From NCBI GenBank assembly GCA_041739995.1, contig JBGSMV010000016.1, positions 11,650 through 75,649 of the forward strand: a stretch of DNA of 64,000 nucleotides, given 5' to 3'. This DNA comes from Bdellovibrionota bacterium. Its GTDB lineage: Bacteria > Bdellovibrionota_C > UBA2361 > JBGSMV01. The notes under the pieces were generated by a model, which did no database searches, was not told the DNA's origin, and was given only the letters and a program-made list of their open reading frames with translations. This document shows positions 29,914-39,631 of the stretch, in pieces. The stretch's first letter is position 1. The number at the start of each line of letters is the position of its first letter. The translations under genes were made by a program, and so were the position numbers.

Positions 29914-30096
29914 AGAGCTAGATTCTGAACTATTGAGCTTAAAACCGAGAGTGAGGCTTTTTTCGTACCAATGTCTTACAATCTGAGTTCGACACGTGGC
30001 GACAAAAACTTAACGCATTACGCTGCCACAAGTGTTTGATATTGTTTTAAAAGCTGGAAGTGCCTGAGAAGCTTTCGTATTTTTTTGGAGAGAGGG

Positions 30097-31488
30097 ATGG
30101 GAACAAGAATTGAACGAGATTCGATGGGGGAGATGGAGGTGCCTGAGCAGGCGCTTTTTGGTGCGTCGACCCAGAGAGCGGTACTAAATTTTCCTATCAG
30201 CGGGGCCGGTCTCCCGGCAGCTTTTGTCTCGGCACTTGGGCTCATAAAACTCGCTTCTGCACGTTCAAATACAAAACTAGCCATGCTGCCGAAGGACAGA
30301 GCAGACGCAATTGAGCGCGCTGCCGCCGAGGTCGTCAGCGGAGAGCTTTTGTCTCACTTTGTGGTCGATGTCTTTCAGACCGGTAGTGGCACGTCGACTA
30401 ATATGAATGCCAACGAGGTGATTGCGAATAGAGCAAGTGAGTTACTTGGGAAGCCTCGGGGCGACCGAGAGGCAGTTCACCCCAATGACCACGTCAACAT
30501 GTGCCAGTCCTCAAATGATGTGATCCCTTCGGCGATTCACGTGGCTGCACAACTTCGACTCGAGAAGCATTTGCTGCCGGCGCTTGAAGCGCTGAAGAAA
30601 AGCTTTGACGGATGTGCACAGCGTTTTGCTTCCGTCATAAAAGCAGGGCGCACACATCTGCAAGATGCGACTCCGATGAGCCTGGGCCAAGAATTCAGCG
30701 GATATGCGGCTCAGATAGCTCATGGGATAGCTAGAATTCGCTCCACTCAAGGCCGTTTGTGTGAGTTAGCACTCGGGGGAACCGCTGTCGGCACGGGGCT
30801 AAATACGCATCCCGAGTTTCCTTCTAAAACGATCGCAGAACTAAATAAGATTACTGGCATGAAGTTTTCTGAGGCGGCCAATCATTTTGAAGCGCAAGGC
30901 GCTCAGGACGCCGCGGTTGAGTTGAGTGGACAGCTTCGGACTGTAGCTGTGTCAATGATGAAGATCGCGAACGACCTCCGTTGGCTTGCCTCTGGTCCGC
31001 GTTGCAACATTTTTGAGATTGAGTTGCCAGAGATTCAGCCGGGTTCCAGCATTATGCCGGCAAAGGTCAATCCTGTTGTCTGTGAGTCAACAATGATGGT
31101 GTGCGCCCAAGTAATGGGAAATGACACCTGCGTGATGGTGTCAGGACAGCATGGCAATTTTGAGCTTAACACCATGCTTCCAGTAATTGCTCGAAACGTG
31201 TTGGAGTCGATAGAACTTCTGGGAGCTGCCGCAAAAAATCTTAGTGAGAGATGCGTCTCGGGAATTTCGGCAAATGAAGCGCGCTGCCTTGAGTTCGCCG
31301 AAAAAAGTCTTGCGACCTGTACCTCGCTTGCGCCGAAGATTGGGTATGATCGAGCGGCTAAGGTGGCTAAGCAGGCCTATCTTGAAGATAAGACCGTGAG
31401 GCAGGTTGCCAAGGAGATGGGCGTGCTGTCCGAAGAAGAGTTGTCCCGGGTACTTAATTTGGTCGCTATGACCAAGCCGGGACTCTAG
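30097..31488 (+). CDS. fumC: Class II fumarate hydratase
   Basis: RIERDSMGE, QTGSGTSTNMNANE, GRTHLQDATP and PGSSIMPAKVNP motifs. Confidence 0.95.
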   Translation: MGTRIERDSMGEMEVPEQALFGASTQRAVLNFPISGAGLPAAFVSALGLIKLASARSNTKLAMLPKDRADAIERAAAEVVSGELLSHFVVDVFQTGSGTSTNMNANEVIANRASELLGKPRGDREAVHPNDHVNMCQSSNDVIPSAIHVAAQLRLEKHLLPALEALKKSFDGCAQRFASVIKAGRTHLQDATPMSLGQEFSGYAAQIAHGIARIRSTQGRLCELALGGTAVGTGLNTHPEFPSKTIAELNKITGMKFSEAANHFEAQGAQDAAVELSGQLRTVAVSMMKIANDLRWLASGPRCNIFEIELPEIQPGSSIMPAKVNPVVCESTMMVCAQVMGNDTCVMVSGQHGNFELNTMLPVIARNVLESIELLGAAAKNLSERCVSGISANEARCLEFAEKSLATCTSLAPKIGYDRAAKVAKQAYLEDKTVRQVAKEMGVLSEEELSRVLNLVAMTKPGL

Positions 31489-31677
31489 GTCTGAGGGAGT
31501 GCCTTGGGGCTCTGCGGCCGGGCAGAGATGAGCTGAGGATCTTGGCTTGTTTCAAGAAGTTACTCGAAGCCTCTATACTTTTGAGAAGGCGTTCTCCCTT
31601 AGTGCGCCGGGTTCGCCCGCTAGAATGCGCGTACTGAAGGCGCCGCCTGGAACCAAGTTCTGGGCTATAATCTGATC

Positions 31678-31878
31678 ATGGGTAAATTAATCGCGCGCTG
31701 TACTGAGGTTTGCAGTGAGATTTTCCGGGTAGCTAGGCGCTATTTGAGGCAGCGGTCTCGAGCTCTGCGCATAGGGGCGCAAGACATGCTATCTTCCATC
31801 AGTATTGATCACGGCAGCGGTTTGACGCCTATTCCCGTCAGGGTTCGCAGCTCGCAAGCGTACCGTAGGCGACGGTAG
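31678..31878 (+). CDS. Small basic hypothetical protein, possibly leaderless
   Basis: TATAAT 6 nt before the ATG; C-terminal PIPVRVR motif. Confidence 0.45.
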   Translation: MGKLIARCTEVCSEIFRVARRYLRQRSRALRIGAQDMLSSISIDHGSGLTPIPVRVRSSQAYRRRR

Positions 31879-31897
31879 AAGAACTTGGTAGCGACAC

Positions 31898-32653
31898 ATG
31901 GCTTTTCCTCGACCCGATAACTCATCACGCGCGGTGTCCACTTCTGGACGGGAGTCGTCGCCTTCAAAGACCACCATTGTCGAACGAGACTTGGAATCCC
32001 TCTCCCCGCACCCCTTCGGCGGCTGTGAGCGCTTGCGTGGCCATTATCGGACAATCGGTTCGGCCTTACTTCGCCTCGAACGTGAGGGCTCAGTTTTGTT
32101 TTCTTCCGGTTTGTTTTCTTCCGGTTTGTTTTCTTCTGGAATGCTTCCTCGTGGCGACTTGCGAATCGAGCGTGAGTTTCGCGAAGCGGTGACTTTCGTG
32201 CCTGCCGAAGTCCTTTCTTCTTTCTTTGACGATTTGCTCGATGCAGAAATTCCAGATGAGCGACTTTCGATCTCCCATCGCTCGTGGGCTCAACGTTTGA
32301 TGACGTCTCTTCTTTCTATTTTTGGTCTTCTTTTGGCGGTCCTTTCAGGGCTGTACTTGAGCGCAATAGGAACTGCGCTTCCTGCTTCTTTTTTACTCAT
32401 GGTGGTTCTAGGGACGCCATTTGCCACCATGTTGTACCTCTCAGCAGGCGGTGCCGCTCGGCGACTTCGTTTCGCTCAGGTAGTTTCTCGTGAGATTTCT
32501 AGAAGAAGAGGCGATGGCAATCAGACCAATGGAGCGAAGCCTTCAACTGCCTTTCAAGGAGCAGCTCTCCGACTTAAGGATCTTCTCTCGCCGCAACCAT
32601 CTCAACCGGCGGCTCGCATTGTTATCGTTTCACCCCCAAGCCTCATTCATTAG
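31898..32653 (+). CDS. Hypothetical membrane protein (2 TM)
   Basis: Long ORF with two hydrophobic helices and an LFSSG x3 repeat. Confidence 0.65.
   Translation: MAFPRPDNSSRAVSTSGRESSPSKTTIVERDLESLSPHPFGGCERLRGHYRTIGSALLRLEREGSVLFSSGLFSSGLFSSGMLPRGDLRIEREFREAVTFVPAEVLSSFFDDLLDAEIPDERLSISHRSWAQRLMTSLLSIFGLLLAVLSGLYLSAIGTALPASFLLMVVLGTPFATMLYLSAGGAARRLRFAQVVSREISRRRGDGNQTNGAKPSTAFQGAALRLKDLLSPQPSQPAARIVIVSPPSLIH
32096..32140 (+). repeat. 15-bp in-frame tandem repeat x3
   Basis: TTGTTTTCTTCCGGT units encoding LFSSG. Confidence 0.85.
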
Positions 32654-32720
32654 TGCGCCTATCGGGGAGACTTCTGCTGAAACTTGTATGCGGGTGAGTA
32701 GGGGCGCGCCGAGCATTCTC

Positions 32721-32764
32721 AAAAAAAAGCCCACTGTTATCTAGGGATAGAGATAACAGTGGGC
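32721..32764 (-). terminator. Intrinsic terminator
   Basis: 14-bp perfect stem GCCCACTGTTATCT/AGATAACAGTGGGC followed by T8 on the minus strand. Confidence 0.85.
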
Positions 32765-32813
32765 GTGCAACGTTTATCTTGTGTAGGGATAGAAACTTTT
32801 ATCTCTCTTTCAT

Positions 32814-33461
32814 TTAAGCACAGACTAGCTCAAGGCTCCTCGAAGCGTCTGAAGGGCTTATGCTCTTCAGTTTTCTTGCCATAGTCTTTCTAGTCATGGC
32901 CCTTCTTGCCATAGTCCCAGGGCGAATTTTCTTTCCTCGAACTGTCTTGACTAATCTTAAGTGCTTCTCAGGCGTTCTGTTCTTCAGAGTACTAACTGAA
33001 GCATCTCGCTCCGTATGTGGGGTTTGACGCTGCTCGGTAGTGGTATATTCACTTTGCACGCTATTTATTTTTGAAGCAGGAGAAGCCCCAGGAGAGCCCC
33101 CAGGAGAGCCCTCAGCGGTCTTGTTGAAGTACCACGGCGCAACGCGTTGGTTCCCACGCCTGGGCATGGCGGCGATGACGCTCGAGATGTTCTTAGCGTC
33201 AAGGTCGAGTTCTTGGCAGACCCAGGCAAAGCTGAACGGAGTAAGATTTGTATATTCGCGGTAGCTCTCCTGGAGGTTCTCGGGCGGGGTGTCGCCAAAA
33301 ATCCACGTGCGCGCCTCTTGAACCTCGACTTGGTCGTTGCCGACAAAGTCTAGGATTGAACGTTCGAGAATCGCGAGCAGAAGGCGGCGCTCAGGCGTGC
33401 CTGTGAGCTTCGGCTCATCGATTAAACTGTAGGCTTCAGTGTCTATAACCGGAAAAAACAC
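32814..33461 (-). CDS. Conserved hypothetical protein
   Basis: SD GGAG; PERRLLLAILE...ARTWIF...FSFAWVCQELDLD pattern; basic tail. Confidence 0.7.
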   Translation of the reverse strand: MFFPVIDTEAYSLIDEPKLTGTPERRLLLAILERSILDFVGNDQVEVQEARTWIFGDTPPENLQESYREYTNLTPFSFAWVCQELDLDAKNISSVIAAMPRRGNQRVAPWYFNKTAEGSPGGSPGASPASKINSVQSEYTTTEQRQTPHTERDASVSTLKNRTPEKHLRLVKTVRGKKIRPGTMARRAMTRKTMARKLKSISPSDASRSLELVCA

Positions 33462-33551
33462 AATATGTCTCCAAATAATGTTTTAAAACTCTCCCCATTT
33501 GTCCATTCTTGAGGGATTTAAAGGTGAGACGTGGCGGAGTAGGTTTCATTC

Positions 33552-34109
33552 ATGTCTTGCAAGAAATTATTCACTATTCAGGCCCATGCGAGCGTAGGTT
33601 ATCGATTCCTATGCTTTTTCTTCATTCTGACGTTTTCGATATTTGGGGTGCTTTCAGCAGCGCGCGAGGCTCGGGCTCAGGTAACTTGCCGAGCGGAAGT
33701 GAGATATGAAGTGACCAGAGCAGAGCAGGAGTCCCCAGAGAAAATCGTGTTCCGTCAGGAAGAGGCACGCGGCGATTCTGAAGAATTAGTGCGAGAGGCC
33801 CTCTCGAAGAAGCTTATTCTGTCGACCCGCGACGCGATGCAGGCCTGTCGCGAACAACATGAAAATCTATCTGGGTGTGTCGCCTCAAAGTACACTTCGC
33901 TTGGCTCACTCATGCAGCAGATGCCATTTGCGGCTCGCACAAAATTGCAGGAAGCGATCGAAGTTGATTGCAAGGCGCGAATGGGCACCTGCGTCGAACC
34001 AAAGGTACCGGAAATGACGTGTGTAATTCCAACGCCGGTGACGGAAGTTGTGGTAGAAGGCGAGGCTGGCTCTGAAAAAGAGACGGCTAAAAAGCCCGGG
34101 AAAAAATAA
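33552..34109 (+). CDS. Exported Cys-rich hypothetical protein
   Basis: Signal-like N terminus (ARA-Q) and six Cys in the mature part. Confidence 0.65.
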   Translation: MSCKKLFTIQAHASVGYRFLCFFFILTFSIFGVLSAAREARAQVTCRAEVRYEVTRAEQESPEKIVFRQEEARGDSEELVREALSKKLILSTRDAMQACREQHENLSGCVASKYTSLGSLMQQMPFAARTKLQEAIEVDCKARMGTCVEPKVPEMTCVIPTPVTEVVVEGEAGSEKETAKKPGKK

Positions 34110-34147
34110 ATTATCCTAAATCCAGCAGTAGCCCATTACCCGCGCGT

Positions 34148-34643
34148 CTATGGATTATAGCGGCGTCGATTTTTTGACTTTATTTTCAGCAGAAATTGCC
34201 TGCACCCTGCACCCTGCACCCTGCACCCTGCACCCTGCACCCTGCACCCAAAGCCAACGCCAATGGCGATCCAAAGGGTTTGAGCCGTGAGAAGATAGTA
34301 GCGGGGAATTACCGCTTGAGTAGCTACCACCGTAGCCAATTGTCCTAGGTGGATGATTGTGGCCCCGAGACCTAGCCCTAACATCAGATCACGAGATCGT
34401 CTCCACGATCTCAAAATCAAGAACCCCATTATTAGGAATTCTATCAGGGAACATCGCAGGAGTTGAATCCCGTGCCACAAGTGGTTGAGGTATTCTGCTG
34501 GGTGAGTCGAGATACTCTTCGGAATCGTTCCCTAGGTATCCGAGGTCCTCTTCTTTGGTGAGTAGACTCAAACTTCCGCAGATTAGAGCGGCAAAAAGGA
34601 GAGAGGCGCAAATGATAAACGCAGCAGTAGGGCGACGGGCCAT
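34148..34643 (-). pseudogene. Internally deleted or frameshifted membrane (GT-C-like) gene remnant
   Basis: An N-terminal TM followed by DSEEY in one frame, and C-terminal TMs with PRY in another; far too short for an intact protein. Confidence 0.4.
34201..34249. repeat. Heptamer simple sequence repeat (TGCACCC)7
   Basis: Seven perfect tandem copies. Confidence 0.95.
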
Positions 34644-34710
34644 TCCTGATCCTTGCCAAGGACGACGTCTCCTGGCTGTCCTAAACCTTTTAGTGAAATT
34701 CGGCGGGGCA

Positions 34711-36033
34711 CTAACTCGCCGAGTGCGCCGAATCGGCTGCCTGATCGGTGGTCCAAGAGCGAAGGCTCTCAAAGAGCGCAAGCGAAAAAATAGCCTCAGG
34801 CGAAGTATCAAGTGACGTGGGCGAGGGGGATTCCTTTGAGCTTGTCGACGCTTGCTCTACAGTGGAAAGTCGCACTCTAAGAAACTGGGGAACATAAGGA
34901 AAGCGCGCCCCGACAGCCAGCAGCGCCTCTTTGAGTTCCTCGGAAGTGTGATCGGTGCGGGCATGGGTAACTTTTCGTGCGCACGTTCGAAGCTCTGAAA
35001 GAAGAAAGTGGCCATGCTGATATAGAGGTCTCAAGCCCACATGTTTCACCATTTCTTCGGCAGAGCGTGAGCAATGTTTTTCGGCAGACTGCATCCCTAG
35101 ATTTATGGCGCCCTTGACGCGTTCAGCCAGCTGCTGAACAGCCACCATATTTGAGATATCGATGTGAAAGTGTACCAATGCCGCGTTCATGATGAAGGTC
35201 ACTTCAGCCTCGAGGTTATCTCGGAATCGAGGATCTTCAAGAATGCGCGCCAGCGGTTGAGGCGTAGCCGAGTCGTACACAAGCGGCTGGACTGTGGCAA
35301 TATCCCTTAAGGAAACAGATTTCGGAGCACCATCAAGGAGCACTCGAATTTCCGAGGGAGAGAGCGGCGCGTGCGTTTCGAGCGCGAGGGCGGGCTCAGG
35401 AATGCCCTCTGAGGCGAGGCGTTTATTTCGCTCTGTGTAGGAATCTTCTTCCAACATTGAAGAAGTGGCGACCCCTGGAGTCGCGAGCAGTTGGTAGAAC
35501 AAGTCAGCGTTGGTCTCGAACAACATCGCAAGCAATCGTCCAAACAAGAAATGTTTAGATTCATCTTCGAACTTAAGAAAGATCCATGTGTGCCCCTGGT
35601 CGGGAGTGTAATATCCAGGGCCTGGAGGCGCGTCGGTAGATTCATCAACGGTCACTACCTCAACGTGGCGGGAGATTAGTAATCCGATCAGTTTCAGATC
35701 AATCGACTGAATCAAGCGCTGAAGGAGTAGCAGGCCCTCTTCGTCGTCTCCGAGTGCAAGCCATTCCCAGAAGTGCTCTTCGTTAAAGGAGTCCTTATTC
35801 CAGCAGTCCAGGTCAAGTAAGAGGCGAGACTGCTCCACGCTCGTCAATAGCAGGATATCAGCCGCTGAGCTAAGCCCCGCGTGGCGCACTGCCAGGTAGA
35901 GACTTTGCGCAGGAAGCGAGCGTGCGAACTCCTCTGGTCGCTCTGAATCGAAAATTGCCTTGAAAAGGCTTCGAGACGAGAAGCCGCGTTGACGAGGACT
36001 CTGAGCGACAGGAAGTGAAGTACTGGAGTTCAT
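34711..36033 (-). CDS. DUF6178-like hypothetical protein
   Basis: LDLDCW.KD, LEED.Y..R..RL...G and N..L...INLG patterns; start probably at MNSS. Confidence 0.65.
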   Translation of the reverse strand: MNSSTSLPVAQSPRQRGFSSRSLFKAIFDSERPEEFARSLPAQSLYLAVRHAGLSSAADILLLTSVEQSRLLLDLDCWNKDSFNEEHFWEWLALGDDEEGLLLLQRLIQSIDLKLIGLLISRHVEVVTVDESTDAPPGPGYYTPDQGHTWIFLKFEDESKHFLFGRLLAMLFETNADLFYQLLATPGVATSSMLEEDSYTERNKRLASEGIPEPALALETHAPLSPSEIRVLLDGAPKSVSLRDIATVQPLVYDSATPQPLARILEDPRFRDNLEAEVTFIMNAALVHFHIDISNMVAVQQLAERVKGAINLGMQSAEKHCSRSAEEMVKHVGLRPLYQHGHFLLSELRTCARKVTHARTDHTSEELKEALLAVGARFPYVPQFLRVRLSTVEQASTSSKESPSPTSLDTSPEAIFSLALFESLRSWTTDQAADSAHSAS

Positions 36034-36094
36034 GGTGATCCTAAAAATGGCAAACAACAGCACTGCGTAAAGGGCAGCCAAATTCTCGGCCCCC

Positions 36095-36129
36095 GCGAGC
36101 CCGAACCTGGCGAGCCCGAACCTGGCGAG
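36095..36129. repeat. 15-bp tandem repeat (x2.3)
   Basis: GCGAGCCCGAACCTG twice followed by GCGAG, intergenic. Confidence 0.75.
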
Positions 36130-36188
36130 AGAGTCGGACGTAAAGGCCGGCTGTCCAGCATCTTTCTTATATAAGCATGACTGCGAGC

Positions 36189-36911
36189 TCAGTTCCCGGT
36201 CGCTGGTTCTTCCGTGACTGCTGCCGGAGATTGGCTCGCTTCAGTCTTAACTTTGTCCGTCTTTGGTTTAGCAGTCTCAGCTTTAGCGGTTACGGGCTTG
36301 CTCGCCGCAGGCTTAGCAGGAGCTGCACTTGCACTCTTTGGAGCAGGCGTTACCACCTTTTTCTTACCTGGCGCAAAAACGATGTGAATCATGCGGCCCG
36401 CAGTCGGTGATCTTTCATCCACTGTGGCTACATCGGACAGCTTTTCAACGAGTTGGTCGAATTTCTTTCTGCCAAGATCAAGATAAGCAATTTCTCGGCC
36501 TCTAAACCGCATGGAGAACTTGACCTTGTCGCCTTCTTCGAGAAACTCTCGTGCTTGCTTAAGCTTGGTGTCCAGGTCACCGACATCGGTAATGTAGCGA
36601 ATGCGAAGTTCCTTTAGGACAGTTTCGGTACGCTTCTTGCGTGCTTCTGCTTCTTTCTTCTGTTCACGATATTTAAACTTCCCGTAATCCATTATACGAC
36701 AGACGGGAGGATTTGCGCCGGGAGCTACTTCGACCAAGTCGAGCTCGGCCTTTTCTGAAATAGAGAGTGCATCTCGAATCGCCAATACCCCAAGTTGCTC
36801 GCCTTCATCAGAAACGACGCGCACTTCTCGGGCGGTGATTCTGTGGTTGATTCGATGGGCGTCGGGGGGAAGATCACGTCGTGGAAAGCGGGGACCGCGG
36901 TTGAAAGCCAA
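36189..36911 (-). CDS. infC: Translation initiation factor IF-3
   Basis: RINHRI, DLVEVAP..PPVCRIMDYGKFKY and GDKVK..MRFRGRE motifs; TTG start 9 nt after AGGAG. Confidence 0.97.
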   Translation of the reverse strand: MAFNRGPRFPRRDLPPDAHRINHRITAREVRVVSDEGEQLGVLAIRDALSISEKAELDLVEVAPGANPPVCRIMDYGKFKYREQKKEAEARKKRTETVLKELRIRYITDVGDLDTKLKQAREFLEEGDKVKFSMRFRGREIAYLDLGRKKFDQLVEKLSDVATVDERSPTAGRMIHIVFAPGKKKVVTPAPKSASAAPAKPAASKPVTAKAETAKPKTDKVKTEASQSPAAVTEEPATGN

Positions 36912-37181
36912 AAAAGAATTCTCCTAGAAAGTCTAAAATCAGAGGCTAAAAACGCCTACGCTGCACAAAGGTTATATCGTAATTGGGCGAAAGGACTCAA
37001 TCCGCCACCCTTCAGATGCGACGTTGTTTCTACTTTGACCTTCGACAGGGCGACATAGCTAGTAATTTAGAAGGGTTAGCACCCAGTTCCTCTACTGTGA
37101 GCCTCCTGTGATACACCAGGGCGAACCGAAATCGAGGCCTCGGGCGAGTCGGTTGGACCTTACTTCTTATATTTTTGCCGT

Positions 37182-37979
37182 ATGTTGAGACCAAAACGAA
37201 TAGGCGTGTTCGATAGTGGGCTAGGCGGGCTCACCGTACTTCGGGCCCTCATCGAAGCCTTTCCTTCTACTTCCTTCGTGTATCTCGGTGATACCGCAAG
37301 GACCCCGTACGGATCGAAGAGTCCTGAGGCTGTAGCGCGCTACTCCGTTGAGTGCGCCGAGTTTTTGGAGAAGCATTCGATCGACCTACTGGTTATCGCG
37401 TGTAACACCGCGTCGTCAGTTGCGATGGAGGCCGTGCGTTGCGCTGTTCAGTGTCCGGTCGTTGGGACGATTGAACCTTCACTTGATGAATGGGAGAGAA
37501 GGGAAGCGATCGAACCACTTTTGATTCTTGGCACCCGAGCGACGGTGCAAAGCGAAGCTTATCAGCAACGAATTCGTGCTCGGTTTCCTAAAAAACAGTT
37601 TCACGCGGTAGCTTGCCCTTTGTTTGTTCCGCTTGTTGAGGAAGGCGTATTCGACGGACCTCTCGTAGAGCAAGTATCTGAAATGTACCTTCGAGAGTTT
37701 AAGGTCGGGAGGGTCGGTTCTTTGATGCTTGCCTGTACTCACTATCCGCTTCTTATGGGCGCTTTGCAGAAATTCTTTGGTTCGAAGGTGTGGATAGTTG
37801 ACTCAGCCAATGCAATTGCGCGCTCAATCGAGCGAAGCTACTCGCCGGAGGTGCAAAAGCAGACAGGGGAAAGAGTTTTCTATGTGACCGACGAGTCTAC
37901 CCGATTTAGTGAGCTCGCTCGTCGATTTCTCGGAGACGATGGGCTTACTGCCACTAAAGTAGACGTCTCCTCACGCTAG
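37182..37979 (+). CDS. murI: Glutamate racemase
   Basis: IGVFDSGLGGLTV, PYGSKS, ACNTAS and LACTHYP motifs. Confidence 0.97.
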   Translation: MLRPKRIGVFDSGLGGLTVLRALIEAFPSTSFVYLGDTARTPYGSKSPEAVARYSVECAEFLEKHSIDLLVIACNTASSVAMEAVRCAVQCPVVGTIEPSLDEWERREAIEPLLILGTRATVQSEAYQQRIRARFPKKQFHAVACPLFVPLVEEGVFDGPLVEQVSEMYLREFKVGRVGSLMLACTHYPLLMGALQKFFGSKVWIVDSANAIARSIERSYSPEVQKQTGERVFYVTDESTRFSELARRFLGDDGLTATKVDVSSR

Positions 37980-38313
37980 TGTTCCGTAACATACATAGAC
38001 AATCAGCTTGGCGAGAAAGCGGAACACTAGAAAATATTTCCAATTTACTTCGGCCATTCTTGGCCGGACCTCAATACGCTCCAAGCTCAGCGTGGTGCCC
38101 TGTAGCCCCTCGCTTCGCTTCATCCGCTTCGCGAGGCAAGGCCTTTGACATCCATGCGGATCTCCCGCTTGATAGGCCAGGAGAGTTGCGTGTAGAAAGT
38201 GACATTTTATACAGTATTAAAGGGCTAAATATAGCAAACTGTTCATCAATTATGTTTTTATTGCCAAATTTTACATTATCGATCTTAGCCTATCGAAAGG
38301 GGAGATTCGATCT

Positions 38314-38886
38314 ATGTGTAGCCATGTGTCACCAGAAATTGGAATTCAGGTAAGCGACGAAAGGAGGACCGCTCCTGAACGGAGTGGTGCTCGAGGAAAT
38401 TTGGAGCTCTTAGCCACGCCAAAGGGTGGGCAGTTTAGAGAGAAGGTCCTGGCTTCGGCTCCAAGCGATGTAATCAAGATCACCTGCATAGACTGGCGCG
38501 GCGGCGATCGGGGCGCTTATCTATTGACGTCGGCAGGAGCAGTCGTACATTCGGCTATGGTCGAAGACCTTGGTCTTGTACTCGCCGGGAAGAAAGCGCT
38601 CCTGTTGCAGGGCCATTCCGATTGCGCCAAGAGCAAGGCTGAATGTCCGCGATTCTCAGGTGAGACAGATTCGCATTATGCCAAACGCGTCGATGAATGG
38701 AGTTTGGTACGCCTTTGGAGAAACGCAGGGCGGCTCTTGGACGTCCCAGAAGTTCAGAGAGCGATACTTGAAGATGGGCTTAAATTTTGTGTGGCCTTTC
38801 ATGACGTGGCCAGGAACAAAGTGAAATTTTTTGAGAGGGAAACTGCGGAATTGCTGGGGAGTCGTTTTGCTCTTAAAGCTGCGTAA
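38314..38886 (+). CDS. Divergent beta-class carbonic anhydrase-like protein
   Basis: TCIDWR (CxDxR) and GHSDC (HxxC) zinc-ligand motifs. Confidence 0.55.
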   Translation: MCSHVSPEIGIQVSDERRTAPERSGARGNLELLATPKGGQFREKVLASAPSDVIKITCIDWRGGDRGAYLLTSAGAVVHSAMVEDLGLVLAGKKALLLQGHSDCAKSKAECPRFSGETDSHYAKRVDEWSLVRLWRNAGRLLDVPEVQRAILEDGLKFCVAFHDVARNKVKFFERETAELLGSRFALKAA

Positions 38887-38936
38887 GCGATGTGCTTTCG
38901 CTAATTTGTGCGTGACTTTGTACGCCGTTCCGGGTT

Positions 38937-39015
38937 CGCCACAGAGTTACGCAGAGGTTCACAGAGGAGGGACCTCTACCTCCTACCTCTGTGACCCCCT
39001 GAGTCCTCTGAGGTG
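38937..39015. repeat. Imperfect palindromic (REP/MITE-like) element
   Basis: CCACAGAG..GCAGAG..TCACAGAGG mirrored by CCTCTGTGA..CTGAG..CTCTGAGG, between convergent genes. Confidence 0.55.
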
Positions 39016-39040
39016 CGACCTCTCCGATTCAGGATGTGGG

Positions 39041-39631
39041 TCACGGTGCTACACGAGCAATCTCAAACTCTCGATCGTAAAGTTCAAGGAATGCTTCGCG
39101 CATATTGCCGTTGCAGCATGAGAGAATTTCGTCACAGACCTTGCGATCCTCTTCGGTCATCTCAGGTTTAAGCTTCCGCGCCAGTTCAAGGAATAGGGGC
39201 GGATTCACTCTCGTGGTGAAAATTGTCGGTAAAGGAACTGGTCGGTGTGCGCTCACAATCAGGCCCCGTTCCCCGAGAACAATTTTCGCGATCCTCCACA
39301 CCAAGCTCCACCAAAGTTGATTCCCTTCAGCGACGCCGTCGTCGACTATGCAAACTGGCGATCTGATTGTCGCGAGTGACCAGAGGAAGTGCAGGCTGGG
39401 GAAGGGCTTTTCGGCAAGATGAATATAGGGAACAGGGATTCCAAGCTTGCGCTCGAGGTGAGTTTGCAGCTCGAACAGGAAAGTTGTTTTTCCTGTGCCA
39501 TGAGGACCAATGATCGCTCCGCGAAAATTTAGTTCCTCGAGCCGGGCGCAAATGCGATTCCAGTCAACCGACCGAAAAGGAAGTGAGTCTAGCTTACTGG
39601 TCCGAAATGGATTCGTCCTCGGAGTCATCAT
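39041..39631 (-). CDS. P-loop ATPase (AAA-like)
   Basis: TNPF, Walker A GPHGTGKTT, Walker B IVDD and GNMREAF..LYD motifs. Confidence 0.75.
   Translation of the reverse strand: MMTPRTNPFRTSKLDSLPFRSVDWNRICARLEELNFRGAIIGPHGTGKTTFLFELQTHLERKLGIPVPYIHLAEKPFPSLHFLWSLATIRSPVCIVDDGVAEGNQLWWSLVWRIAKIVLGERGLIVSAHRPVPLPTIFTTRVNPPLFLELARKLKPEMTEEDRKVCDEILSCCNGNMREAFLELYDREFEIARVAP

Noticed and set aside
34201..34249. Possible CRISPR array in the tandem repeats (also 32096 and 36095)
   Set aside because: Contiguous short units with no spacers, and no cas genes in the window.
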